A stretch of DNA of 64,000 nucleotides from an uncultured delta proteobacterium. Its GTDB lineage: Bacteria > Desulfobacterota > Binatia > UBA9968. Below, in pieces: positions 20,733-31,828 of the stretch (within the stretch, counting starts at the first letter, position 1; each line of letters starts with the position of its first letter). The stretch covers positions 32,001-96,000 of the forward strand of contig CAVUVW010000013.1 in assembly GCA_963745035.1 (NCBI GenBank), read 5' to 3'. The translations under genes were made by a program, and so were the position numbers. Under the pieces are notes generated by a model, which searched no databases, was not told the DNA's origin, and worked only from the letters and a program-made list of their open reading frames with translations.

Positions 20733-23028
20733 TCATTTCTCCTCTCGATTCTTTGAGCTGCTCGCGCAGTTTCTCAGCCGACATCGGCAGATCCTTGATG
20801 CGCACGCCGGTCAAGCGCGCGACCGCATTGGCGACCGCCGGCGCGATGCCGAACACGGACATTTCCCCAACGCCTTTGGCGCCGTAGGGCTCCGAATCAT
20901 AATTCTTTTCGACGATAATCGGCGTCGCCGCCGGGATATCGCGCATGGTCGGGATTTTGTAGTCGGCGAAGCTGGCGTTGGTGATCTTTCCTTCGTCGAA
21001 CAGCAAACCCTCCGAGAGCGCGTAGCCGAGTCCCATCATGATGCCGCCTTCGATCTGGCTGGTGACCGCCAGAGGGTTGATGGCTCTGCCGACGTCGTGC
21101 GCCGAGGCGACGCGGATGAGCTTGATCACACCGGTTTCGCGATCCACCGCCACTTCGACCGCCTGCGCGCCAAAGGGCCAGCCTGGCGCGCTGGCGTCTT
21201 TTGTTTGCTTCGACGCATCTTCGGCCCACAGCCGTTTGCTTTGACTGGCGCCGACGCCGACGATTTCTGCTGTTCGCGATTGCTCCAAGAACTGCGGTCC
21301 AAAGTCAACGGCCGCTGGCCGTCAGCGCTGACTTTTCCGTTGGTGAAGCGAATCTGCTTCAATCGGCAAATTCCAAAGTTGCGCTGCTTTCGCCACGATT
21401 TGCCGGCGCGCGTCGAGCAGCGGCGAGCTTTACCGCGGCGCCGACATACGGCGTCACGCGGCTCGAATAGGTGCCGTGATCGAACGGCGTCAACTCGGTG
21501 TCGGCGATGACGACGCGAACTGCGCTGAGCGGCACGTCCAATTCTTCGGCAACGATCTGTCCGAGGCTCGTGCCGGTGCCGCCGCCGACGTCGGTGGCGC
21601 CGATAAACAGTTCGACCTTGCCATCGCCAGCGATGCGCACGCGCGCGTTGGAAGAGGAGGCGGAAGTGGTCGGCGACTTGTGCAGCAGCGCGACGCCGAA
21701 GCCATGATTCGCCGGCGCGCGCTTCTTCCAGCGCTTGAGCTCAGCACCGACCTTCAGCAGACACTCGCGCAGCGCGATATGGTTGGCGCGATCGCCGGCC
21801 GGAGTTTCGTCGCCGGTCTCAAGACAGTTTTTCAGCCGGAGCGCGACGGGATCGATGCCGAGCTTTTGCGAAATCATATCCATCTGCGATTCGCCGGCCC
21901 AGACCGCTTCGGGTATGCCGAGGCCGCGAAAAGGGCAGCCGCGCAGTTTGTTGGTATAGACCAAAGTCGAGCTGACGCGAATGTTGGGAATCTTGTACGG
22001 CCCGACGCCGTCTTTGAGCGCGCGATTGCTGCCGGCCAGTCCCTCGGCATAGGCGCCGGTGTCCCAGGTAAATTCCATCGCGCGCGCCGTGATCGTGCCG
22101 TCTTTTTTGACGCCGGTTTTGACCCGCACCATTGCCGGCACCGAACCGGCGGCGGCAAAAAATTCTTCGGCTCGGCTGTTGACGAGACGCACCGGTTTGC
22201 CGGTTTTGAGCGCGAGCGCGGCGGCATAGGGTTCCAGGCGCATGGCGTTCTTGCCGCCGAAACCGGCGCCGACTTTGCTGCCGATGACGCGAATTTTATC
22301 TTCCGGCAAATCGAACAATTCCGCCAAGCCGGAGCGCACAAGAAAAACTTTTTGCGTGCTGGTCCAGAGCGTCAGGCGATCGCCGTTCCAGTGCGCGACT
22401 ACCGCGTGCGGCTCGAGCGAACAATGCTGCACTTGCTGCGAGCGGAAGGTGTCGATCGAAGATCTCGTCGGCTTCGGCAAAGCCTTGATCGATGTCGCCT
22501 TTCGAGAAAGACGTCTGGTGGGCGATGTTGGTTCCGAATAACCGGATGCCAGTCGCGCGCCGAGGACGGTATTGAGCCGATAGGAGCTTAACTGCTCGTG
22601 AACCAAGGGCGCGTTTTCTGCGCAGCGCCTCATCGACGGTGAGCGCGGCGGGCAGCTCTTCGTAATCGCATTCGATAAGATCGAGCGCCTGCTCCGCGGT
22701 TGCTTCGTCGACGGCCGCAACCGCGGCGATGACATCACCGACGTAGCGCACCTTGTCGCCGGCGAGAAGCTGTTCGTCCTGAACGCCGAAGCCGAAGCGC
22801 TTCGCCGGTACGTCGCCGGCGGTGAGAACCGCCGCGACGCCGTTCAGCGCCCGCGCGCGGCTCACATCGAGGCGGCGAATCTTGGCGTGCGGAACGGAGC
22901 TGCGAAATAACTTGGCGTGGAGCATCTCCGGCAGGGCGACATCTACGGTGTAAATGGCGCGGCCGGTGACGCTGTCGGGACCATCCAGCCGCGGCAGCGG
23001 CTTGCCGACGACCTTGAAGTTGTTTCAC
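20674..23028 (-). CDS. Xanthine dehydrogenase-family Mo-binding large subunit (stand-alone), frameshifted
   Basis: VVGKPLPRLDG...VTGRAIY, QVQHCSLEPH, VGAGFGGK, PFRGLG, GTYSSR, QIEGG and AKGVGE. Confidence 0.9.
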
Positions 23029-23440
23029 GACGCGGATTGGCGTTTTCGGCGGCGCGTAGAGTTGGAGGAGATTGCCATCGGGGTCGAAGAAATAAAAACC
23101 TCTGTCCGGTGGGGCGATCGACGGTCGGGATGTCATAGACTTTCACGCCCCAATCTTTCATCTTCTTTGCCGCGAGCTCGAAATCTTCCGGCGAGACCAT
23201 GAAAGCTTGGTGGGTCGCGCCGTCTTCTTTCACGGCGTCTTTTTCGATCGGCTTTGGCCGCTGAAAAAGCACCACCATGGAATCGCCCGAGCGAAGATCG
23301 GCGCGATTCAAGTGATCGCCCATGTCGTCGCGATTAAGCTTGGCGATCGTCATTCCCAAAATCTCGGTGTAAAATTTCACTGCGCGTTCCACGTCGTTTA
23401 CCGGAATGCCGATATGGTAAACGCCCTTCGTGGTGATCAT
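23025..23440 (-). CDS. VOC/glyoxalase family protein, frameshifted near the 3' end
   Basis: VYHIGIPVNDVERAVKFYTEILG, HQAF and YFFDPDGNLLQL. Confidence 0.9.
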
Positions 23441-23518
23441 AGACCCTCCTTACCTTCAACACATGCTATGCATGGTAGAGTTCAAGCCGTTCTCATGGAC
23501 CGCTTTTCTCATGTCCAT

Positions 23519-24573
23519 CTACTGAAAGGCCAACGGATACATGCGTTTTGGATTCTCGAAACAGATCTTTTGTTTGGTCTCGGCGCGGACATCCTCGCGC
23601 GCCATGAATCTCTCGATATTCTCGCGAAACTCCGAACGCGGCTCATGAGGAAAATCCGTCGCGCAAAATAGGATATCGTCGCGAAACAAATCGGCGATCT
23701 GTCGCGATGCCGCGATCTTCCAGCTCGCAGTGAATGAAGATCCGGCCGCTCTTGAGGTGTTCGGAAGGGAGTTTTTTGCATGCTGGGACCTGGGTATTGC
23801 GATGTTCGTATTCCAAATCCAGCCGCTCCATCAAATACGGCACCCAACCGCAACCCGCTTCGGCGTACGCCACGTTGAGTTTGGGAAACTTATCGTACAC
23901 TCCGTTGTAGATCATGCTGGTCATCTGAATCATTTGGCCAAAACCATGACTGAGAGCGCGAACCTCGATCAGCCGATCGAAGGAATCGACGCCGATGCCC
24001 TGTGTGGGCGCGGCATGAACGGCCAGCAGCGCGCCAAGTTCCTGCGCCGTCTCATAGACCGGAAAATATCTCTCATCGCCAAGGGGCTGGCGCAACCCGA
24101 CCGCCGGAAGAACAGCGCCCACGAATCCAAGTTCATTGACGGCGCGTTTCAATTCCTTAACCGCGTCAGGAATCGATTGAAGCGGGATCAAAGCCATCCC
24201 TTTCAGTCGTTTTTCCGGCTTGGTGAAAGTTTCGTATAAATAATTGTTATAACCGGTCGGCAACCGCGCAGGCCCAATCCTTGTCTCTGACCAGACCGAA
24301 CGTCAGTCCCGCGGTCGGATACAATACCGACCAAGCGATTTGATCTTCGTCGAGAAACTCCTGCCACTCCTTCAAGCTGCCTTTTGCGATATAGCGGCCC
24401 TTGCCGTCAGCGACTCTTCGCGCCTGGCGGTGAAAACCGTCCAGAGTTGGAAAAAACGGAAACGCCAACAGGTCTTCCCGACTTTTGAAAGGCGCCGGCA
24501 AAAATTGCAAAAGTTCCGCATCGCTCTCTACAACATGTCCATCCGCATCGATGAAGCCTTTGATCTTCGTCAT
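23519..24573 (-). CDS. Amidohydrolase_2 family protein, frameshifted
   Basis: IDADGHV, VLYPT, AVH, AEAGCGWVPY and ATDFPHE. C-terminus ...ENPKRMYPLAFQ* read from the DNA. Confidence 0.88.
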
Positions 24574-24787
24574 TGAAATTCTCCCTCATCGGCTATCGAT
24601 TGTCCTGGCTTTTATTCAACCATCACCTCACTGCGCCATCTATGCGCTGAGGACGTAACAGGCGCGCCGCTTAACGACCGATGAACTAGGGCTCCTCCTA
24701 ATTTTCACCGGCGTTGAACTTCTCTATTCGAATCCAAAATACCTTGTGTGTTGAAACGGGTACTCGGTTCGAAAACAGTCTTGGTCG

Positions 24788-25876
24788 CTACGCGGATCTT
24801 TTATAGTATTTCTCCATCAAGTTTTCAACGCCGGCTTTGTCACAAGCCTCCTGAAACATTTTCGGCACGATGGGATCTTCATCCTCATACTCGATCTGGT
24901 TGCCGCCTAACTTGACGTCGATATCTACTTTGCCTTTTCCTTCGCCCCACATCTCGTGGTACTTCTGGCTGCCCCAACGCAGAGCCAAATACCGAACAGG
25001 TTCTGCTCCCGCATTGAAGTGCTGGTGATACCAATTGCCTGGAGGGACTATCAGGCTTCCGGGCTTCCAGTCGTAGCGCTTGATCGGCTGGCCTTGTGGC
25101 CACATGAGAGAATATCCTTGGCCACTCAAGATAATGACGTGCGCGCCAGGTCCGTGAAAATGCGCTTTCTTGTACGAGCCCACTGCAAATTCCGAAACGT
25201 GACCACACAACGTATTCTCGGAAAGCTCGAGGCGAACCTGAGAGCCGCCGCCGCCCCTTTCCTTCCAGTCGAGCAATTTCAGATTCTTTACATCGGCAAC
25301 GAAGTTCGTCTGCCACGTTCTTCCCGCATACCAGGTGCCAGGATTGCTGAAATAGTCCGTCTGCGAGTTGAAACGATCCGTAAAAACGTAGTCGCAATTG
25401 AATATAAAATCCGTGTTGTGCAGCAGGTTCATCATGCACGGCGCGCTCGTCACGGCGAGATAGCGCGCGGGCTCGCTGCCGTTGCCGTTGAAATGCTGGT
25501 ACCAACTATTTAAAGGTGGAGAAAAAACCGAGCCTTCCTGCCATTCAAACGTGTGCTTGGACCCCGGATGGTTCCATATCGTGGTCGCGCCGCGTCCGCT
25601 CACAACATAGATCAATTCTTCGAACAGGTGTCGTTGCGGCTTGAGAGCCTGTCCCGGGGGAATTTCGCAGATGTAAGCGTCATTGGTCTCGCCGGTTCCT
25701 GTAAGACAAATCCGACAAGCTAATCCCCCGGTGCGCGCCCACGGCTCGAGTGGAGCTTTCCGAATATCTTCAAGAAAAAATCCCTCGATGAGCGGAATTT
25801 GTTCACTCGCTACCCAACTCCTGTACGTACTTTGGTTTTCAGCGATCGGTCTGGTGGAAATCTTAGGTTCTTCCAT
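24788..25876 (-). CDS. Bicupin protein (gentisate 1,2-dioxygenase-like fold), paralog 1
   Basis: [11 protein letters not shown]...WYQHFN and KAHFHGPGAH...WYHQHFN. Confidence 0.85.
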   Translation of the reverse strand: MEEPKISTRPIAENQSTYRSWVASEQIPLIEGFFLEDIRKAPLEPWARTGGLACRICLTGTGETNDAYICEIPPGQALKPQRHLFEELIYVVSGRGATTIWNHPGSKHTFEWQEGSVFSPPLNSWYQHFNGNGSEPARYLAVTSAPCMMNLLHNTDFIFNCDYVFTDRFNSQTDYFSNPGTWYAGRTWQTNFVADVKNLKLLDWKERGGGGSQVRLELSENTLCGHVSEFAVGSYKKAHFHGPGAHVIILSGQGYSLMWPQGQPIKRYDWKPGSLIVPPGNWYHQHFNAGAEPVRYLALRWGSQKYHEMWGEGKGKVDIDVKLGGNQIEYEDEDPIVPKMFQEACDKAGVENLMEKYYKRSA

Positions 25877-25915
25877 TGCGCTTCTCCGAGATCAACCGAT
25901 GAATCAATGGACCGC

Positions 25916-26971
25916 TCAGATTGCTACTCTCGATTGAGTGCCTTTTCTTTTGCACTCGGCGAGAAAGGTTCGATGAACCTCGGGGTCTTGATCTTTGTAC
26001 TCGATCTGAGTTCCTCCCGACTTGATGTCTTGATCCGTCTTCGAGAGATCTTCGACTTTGTAAGTGAAACCCCACGGCTTCAAAGCGAGATAACGAACCG
26101 AGTCAGTGGAGGGATTGAAATGCTGATGAAACCAATTGGCGGGTGGCACGAAAAGACTATTTGGACGCCAATCGATCCGGATGCGAGGCCGCCCTTCCTC
26201 CCAAAGAAAGGAATATCCTTCGCCGGAAAGAATCACGATGTGCGCGCCCGGTCCATGCCGATGGCCTCTCGGGTAAGTACCGGACGGATACTGCTCGAGG
26301 TGAGCGCTCATCGTATTACAGGCCAGGTGGAGCCGGATTCCCGTGGCTCCCTGACCTCTCAAACTTCGATCCCTGAGTCCAAAGTCTCTCACGTCCGCGA
26401 TAAGATTGGACTCCCACGTCCGGTGGCTCGCGACTTCTCTTCCCTTTCCGTTGTAGTAGCCTTCTTCGCCGTTGAACCTGTCGCGAAATTCGAAGCCGTT
26501 GCCGAAAATGAAGTCGATATTGCGGAAACGGTTGATCATCTGGGGCGCGTCGGTCAGCGCGACTAAGCGAGCGGTCTCGTTTCCCTGCGCGTTGAAGTGC
26601 TGGTGCCAGGCGTTTAGGGGCGGGGAAAAAAGGCTGCCCTCTTGCCACTCGAAGGTCTGTTTTGCCCCTCCCTGATGCCAAACACTTGTGGCACCTCGAC
26701 CTTTGACGACGTAAATCAACTGCTCAAAGAGAAAGCGCTGCGGCCGGGTTTCGCTTCGGGGAGGCAGCTCAAGTACATAGGCGCCACAGGTACGCCCCGA
26801 CCCTACGAGGTTGACGAACGATCCGCTAACCCCAGTGCGCTTCCAGGGTGCCACCGGAATTGCGGTGAGATCTTCCACGCAATGACCGCGCACGATCGGA
26901 ATTTTCTCCGTCTCCTGCCACAGATCGTAAGGCGTCTCATTCGAGTAAGCTGCTGTTGCCGTCAAATCCAT
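25916..26971 (-). CDS. Bicupin protein, paralog 2
   Basis: QRFLFEQLIYV...WHQHFN and GHRHGPGAH...WFHQHFN. Confidence 0.85.
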   Translation of the reverse strand: MDLTATAAYSNETPYDLWQETEKIPIVRGHCVEDLTAIPVAPWKRTGVSGSFVNLVGSGRTCGAYVLELPPRSETRPQRFLFEQLIYVVKGRGATSVWHQGGAKQTFEWQEGSLFSPPLNAWHQHFNAQGNETARLVALTDAPQMINRFRNIDFIFGNGFEFRDRFNGEEGYYNGKGREVASHRTWESNLIADVRDFGLRDRSLRGQGATGIRLHLACNTMSAHLEQYPSGTYPRGHRHGPGAHIVILSGEGYSFLWEEGRPRIRIDWRPNSLFVPPANWFHQHFNPSTDSVRYLALKPWGFTYKVEDLSKTDQDIKSGGTQIEYKDQDPEVHRTFLAECKRKGTQSRVAI

Positions 26972-26984
26972 TGTTAACTTCGTC

Positions 26985-27977
26985 CTAGCGCAGTTTTTTA
27001 AAAAATCCTTCCCTTTCCAATTCGTCGATCACACGTTCATCGATAAACTGCTCCACATTGATTTCACCCTTCGCTTCACGGTCCCGGTCGCTCACCAACT
27101 CAAGCGCATTGCGGATGCCGTCGCGCTCGATCCGCGGCGGAAAAGAAAACTTCGGCGCGAAATAATCATAAGTCGCGTCGAGGACTTTCGAGTCTTGCTG
27201 CTTGAGGCGCTTCGCGTACACGGCTATCGCTTTTGCTTTGTCGGTTTTGAAATCGTAGATCGCTTCGCTGTAGGCGCGCACGAACCGCTTTACCGTTTCC
27301 CGATTTTTCTCCAGAAAGGAGCGCCGCACCGTGATCACGGTCTGAGGAAAGGCCGCCTTCAAATCGCTCAGGTGAGCGAGAATATTCATGCCCAGGCGAG
27401 ACGCGACTATGGTCTCCGGCGGCGACAGTACCGTCGCGTCGATCGCGCGCGTGGACAATGCCGCAAGCCGCTCCGGCGCGCCGCCACTGGCGAAGATCGT
27501 GACCGCTTGCCGCGGGATATTCCATTCTTTGAGAGCGAGCGTGATCGCCAGATCGGTGGAACCACCGAAGTTGAGAATGCCGATTTTCTTGCCGATCAGG
27601 TCCGAGGGCTTGCGAATTTCTTTTTGCGCCACGACGCTGAACGGAAATCTGTTGAGCGCCGCCGCGACAATGGTGATGTCGCCGCCGCGCAGACGGATGG
27701 GAATCGGCGCGCTCGCCGAGCCCTGCGCGAAATCGCTGCTTCCGGAGATCAAGGCCGCCATGCCGCGCGCGCTGCCGGCAATCAGCACCAACTCGGCTTT
27801 CAAGCCATGTTTCCTGAACAGCTCCAAATCCTTGGCGGCCCACAACGGGCCTTGAAAGCCGGCGTGGCCGTCATAACTGACCACCACGCCTTCCTGCGCG
27901 CAAATGCCGAAAGGAATTGCCAACGCAAGGACAAATGCCGCGAGGATTCTTCGCAGGAGTGCTGGACGTAGACTCAT
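26985..27977 (-). CDS. NMT1/SsuA-like ABC substrate-binding protein
   Basis: Signal peptide; PLWAAKDLELFRKHGL, DLIGKKIGILNFGGSTD and ELEREGFF. Confidence 0.9.
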   Translation of the reverse strand: MSLRPALLRRILAAFVLALAIPFGICAQEGVVVSYDGHAGFQGPLWAAKDLELFRKHGLKAELVLIAGSARGMAALISGSSDFAQGSASAPIPIRLRGGDITIVAAALNRFPFSVVAQKEIRKPSDLIGKKIGILNFGGSTDLAITLALKEWNIPRQAVTIFASGGAPERLAALSTRAIDATVLSPPETIVASRLGMNILAHLSDLKAAFPQTVITVRRSFLEKNRETVKRFVRAYSEAIYDFKTDKAKAIAVYAKRLKQQDSKVLDATYDYFAPKFSFPPRIERDGIRNALELVSDRDREAKGEINVEQFIDERVIDELEREGFFKKLR

Positions 27978-28721
27978 CGCTCTCCTCTGGCGGCTGCATT
28001 CATGCAGGCATCGAGAATCGCGCCATGCAAATCGATGCAGCTCAGAGCGCAATATTCGAGCGTATAGCCGGGCCTCACCTCAGCGCCGTCCTCCAAGAGA
28101 CGCCGTAACACCATTTTGCGGAAGTCTCCATGTCCCATAACGCCACCCTCATGCTCCCGCGTATCGGCTTCCTCATGAAGAGAAAAATACACCGCCTGCT
28201 CCGGGGTCAGCCCGTAGTGGGTCGTTAGAGCCGTGAACACTTCGCCCGCCCAATGACCGAACTGCTCCTCGGTCGCGCCCGCGGCATAGAACTCCGCCAC
28301 CGTGCCCTTCCCAGACCATGGCCCGGAAGTAATCGATTTTGGCGCGGAACTCGGCGAGCATCGGAGAAAGGAAAACTTCATCCTCGCTGATGCCCAGCGC
28401 TTTGGCTGTTTGTACGACCACGTGAATATGGCCCGGCGGTTTCGGATGGATTAGCTCATCGGCCAATTTTTCCGCCATGGCCGCCATCAAATCGCGGTGT
28501 TTACGAAAGAAGTGGATGTGTTTGTGATAAGACGCCGCCTCGAGGGTATTGATCTCGATCGTGTACGCCGCCCAGTTCTTGAAGAACAGACGGAAAGTGT
28601 CTTTAGAAAGTTTTCCCGCGACCAGACCTTTCATAAATTGCGAGCTGCTGACTCGTTGCCTGCCAGCGGTCGGCGACTTGCCGATAAATTCCGTCGACGT
28701 AAGCTTTGGCTTCGTCGCCAT
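27974..28721 (-). CDS. Heme-oxygenase-like diiron protein (CADD/PqqC-like), paralog C, frameshifted
   Basis: GKLSKD...NWAAY, DE...PPGH, ATEEQ and YFSLHEEAD...GH follow the CADD-type ligand pattern. Confidence 0.8.
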
Positions 28722-28771
28722 TCATTTTGACATTCATCGTTGTTTCCTCGCTCGATTGATCGTTGCGCAAC

Positions 28772-29838
28772 TCAGAATTTTAAGCCGCACCTCGACCCCT
28801 CGCTTCGCGCATTCACTAGACAAAGGTCTGATGAATCTCGGGGTCTTGATCTTTGTAATCGATCTGCGTTCCGCCCGCCGATTCGACTTCCAGGGTCTTC
28901 ACCAGATCTTCCACCTGATAAGTAAAACCCCACGGCTTCAGAGCCAGATAGCGGGCCGGTTCTTTTCCAGGATTGAAATGCTGATGAAACCATTTGGCCG
29001 GCGGCACGAAGAGCGTGCCCGGCCGCCAGTCGATGCGCGTGCGCGGCTTTCCCGGCTCCCACAATAACGAGTATCCTTCTCCCGAAAGAATCACGATGTG
29101 CGCGCCCGGCCCATGCCAATGAGCCCTCGGGTACGTTCCCACCGGATATTCTTCGATGTGAGCGCTGATGGTGTTCGCTGAGAAATGCAACAGAATGCCG
29201 CTCGCTCCCTGGCCGCGGGCGCTGTGGTCGATGAGCTTAAATCCTGGAACATCCGCGATGAAGTTTGAATCCCAGGTGCGGTGGCCTTCAACGATCTCTG
29301 CCTTTGCCGCTGAAGTATCCTTCTTCGCCGCTGAACCGATCGGAAAAAGCGAATGAGTTATTGAAAATAAAGTCCAGATTACGAAACCGATTGATCATGA
29401 CAGGCGCATCCGTCAGTGCCACGAATCTTGCCGGCTCATCACCTTGGACGTTGAAATGCTGGCGCCAGGTGTTGAGGGGCGGCGAGAACATGCTGCCCTC
29501 CTGCCATTCGAACGTGTGCTTGCGGCCCGTCTTCGTTCCAAACGCTCGTTGCGCCGCGCCCCTTCACCACGTAGATCAACTCTTCAAAAAGGTAACGTTC
29601 GGGCGTGGTTTGACCTTGGGCAGGGATCTCGCACGCGTAAGCGTCACAACTACGCCCGGCACCCGATCAAATTAATAAATGCGCCTAAAGCGCGTTTGCG
29701 TTTCCACGGTTCAACGGCAACCGTTCTCACGTCATCGATGGCAAGGCCTTTGTAAACAGGCACGCCTTCCGTTTCTTGCCACACTTCATAGGGCGTCTTA
29801 TCGATGTAGGCCGAATGTTTGGTTAGATCCAAGCTCAT
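28772..29838 (-). CDS. Bicupin protein, paralog 3, frameshifted
   Basis: [26 protein letters not shown] and AHWHGPGAH...WFHQHFN; closest to paralog 2. Confidence 0.85.
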
Positions 29839-29947
29839 AACTATGCCTCGCTTCGACGATTGCTCTGAACATTTGTCTCGTCCTATCTGGTCGCAGCACG
29901 CTGTATCTAGTTCGACTTAGAGCCCGACTGGTGTGAGGTTTCGCGCT

Positions 29948-30000
29948 GGTTCTTTACACCATTGGGAATTCGTGGCGGTACCGGAACAGTGTAAAGAACC
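29948..30000. repeat. Perfect 12-bp inverted repeat with 29-nt spacer
   Basis: GGTTCTTTACAC (29948-29959) pairs with GTGTAAAGAACC (29989-30000). Confidence 0.75.
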
Positions 30001-30222
30001 GCTCTTATACGTCTCATTCACGTTAACGTGATGCGTCTGTCACTTTTAAGACTTCTAATAAGACTTCTCGCCATTTTGACCTGAACGGAAGATTGCGAGA
30101 CTGCGGCAAGAGTTCGGGACTGTTCTCGATCAACGCCGAAGGTGATTTGCACGGAGATGCCGAAAACTCTGCGTCCTCCTGCAGGATCGTGCGGAAGCGG
30201 TTGCAGTATGCGATCACCCTGA

Positions 30223-31278
30223 TCAATTATCCGACGCTACGAAGAGCACGCGGTCCGCCGGCAAATCCATTGGTAGCCTCTCCCAATTGTCTCCCTGGTC
30301 TTTGCTTACCAGGATGTCCCCATGTCCTTTTTGTGTGGCGTCCGCCGAACGCCCGCGTGACACGGCGCCGAGGCCGGCATAAACAATCGAGGGATTTTCC
30401 GGATGCTGCGTCAACGCCCAGACCATCTGCTTCATTTCGTCCGGCAACCATTTTCCCGTGCCTACACGCTCCCAGCTTTCGGCGAGATCGCGGCTGCGGA
30501 AGATCGCGCCCTGGGCGCGCTCCGGACGATCCCAATAACCAGGCGACTTGTCTGCCGCCGCAACCAGCATCGTCGGAGTGGCGCCCGGCAAAAAAACAAA
30601 ATCATGAAAATAATCGCGCGTAAACCCGTTTTCTGCTCGCTGCCATCCTTGCGCCGGATCATTCGTTTTGAAGAACCCTCGAGCGCTGGCGACAAAATAC
30701 AGATCTTTGCGTCCTGGCGCGCTGCTGATGTGATGAATGTCCAAATAATCGATGCCGGCGCTGACATCCTCCCAGCTCTCGCCACGATCGAAGCTGCGAA
30801 TAATCCCGCCATGCTCCAAGCACACGTGAAGAATGTTTGGGTCATCGGGATGGACGAAAATATGGCGCACATGCTCGCGGTGCGGTGGCCGCGGATAGCT
30901 CCATTTTGCTTTCACCTGCGACGGCAAGGCCTGGACGCCAACAAGCTCCTCCCAACTTTTACCGTCATCTTCAGATCGATAGAGATGGATGGGCTCGACG
31001 CCGACATATACGACGCGCTCATCGGTAGGGTCTACCGTCACGGCGCGCACGTTGCCTTCGAATACGCGCCGCCAATTCTTGCCCGCATCATCAGTTCGAT
31101 ACAAGCCGTCCTGCGTGACACCTAGATAGACGACGTTGGGCCGGCTTCGTAACCCATCGATGGCATCGATGGTGCCGGTCTCGAAGGAAACCGCGACGTT
31201 CTCCCAGGAACCGTTCTTGGAACGCCAGACAAATAAGCCTTCTTGAGTGCCTGCATAGATTCGCACTGGACTTGTCAT
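30223..31278 (-). CDS. BNR/Asp-box beta-propeller protein (no signal peptide)
   Basis: Repeated Asp-boxes: RTDDAGKNW, RSEDDGKSW, RSFDRGESW, RSRDLAESW and SKDQGDNW. Confidence 0.85.
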   Translation of the reverse strand: MTSPVRIYAGTQEGLFVWRSKNGSWENVAVSFETGTIDAIDGLRSRPNVVYLGVTQDGLYRTDDAGKNWRRVFEGNVRAVTVDPTDERVVYVGVEPIHLYRSEDDGKSWEELVGVQALPSQVKAKWSYPRPPHREHVRHIFVHPDDPNILHVCLEHGGIIRSFDRGESWEDVSAGIDYLDIHHISSAPGRKDLYFVASARGFFKTNDPAQGWQRAENGFTRDYFHDFVFLPGATPTMLVAAADKSPGYWDRPERAQGAIFRSRDLAESWERVGTGKWLPDEMKQMVWALTQHPENPSIVYAGLGAVSRGRSADATQKGHGDILVSKDQGDNWERLPMDLPADRVLFVASDN

Positions 31279-31364
31279 GACAGAGCTCCTTTCAATTGGC
31301 CGTAACCGTTGACGTTACTGCGCGCCGGCAAGCCTTCGGCCTTGCCAATCTCCATCGACCAATC

Positions 31365-31827
31365 TTATTGTTGCGCCAATTCTTTCACCGCAGCTAAAAC
31401 CTCGCTGTAGGTCCCGCAGCGGCACAAGTTTCCCGACAGATAGTCACGCGTCTGTTCCTCAGTCGGATGAGGATGGTTCGCAAGCAATCCTTTCACAGCC
31501 ATGATCATACCGGGCGTGCAATAGCCGCACTGAAAAGCTTGATGCTTGAGAAATGCCTGTTGCACCGGATCGAGCTCGCCGTCGTGTGACAGACCTTCGA
31601 TGGTGATTATGTTTCTGCTCTCGGCGTTTGCGGCAAGCATGAGACAAGAGCTCACTGGCCGGCCATCGACCAAGACCGTGCAAGAACCGCAGACACCTAC
31701 GCCGCAGCCTTCGACGGAACCCTTGAGCGAAAGATCATCGCGCAAGCACTCCAACAGCGTCTGATTCGGCCTCACTGTGAACTCTTGCTCTACCCCGTTA
31801 ATCGTCGTCTGAGATCGTGATCGGCAA
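31365..31827 (-). CDS. (2Fe-2S)-binding subunit of a Mo-hydroxylase
   Basis: GCGVGVCGSC, QCGYCTPG and GNLCRCGTY; the 5' end is frameshifted. Confidence 0.93.
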
Positions 31828-31828
31828 G

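Noticed and set aside
21476-22591. Long plus-strand ORFs (e.g. 371 aa here; also 25799..26566, 27195..27971)
   Set aside because: Antisense shadows of well-supported minus-strand genes in GC-rich DNA.
10099-28721. PQQ biosynthesis (pqqC), thiamine salvage (tenA/thi5) or CADD-type pABA synthesis
   Set aside because: No pqqA/B/D/E, thi or folate genes are nearby, and the context is catabolic.
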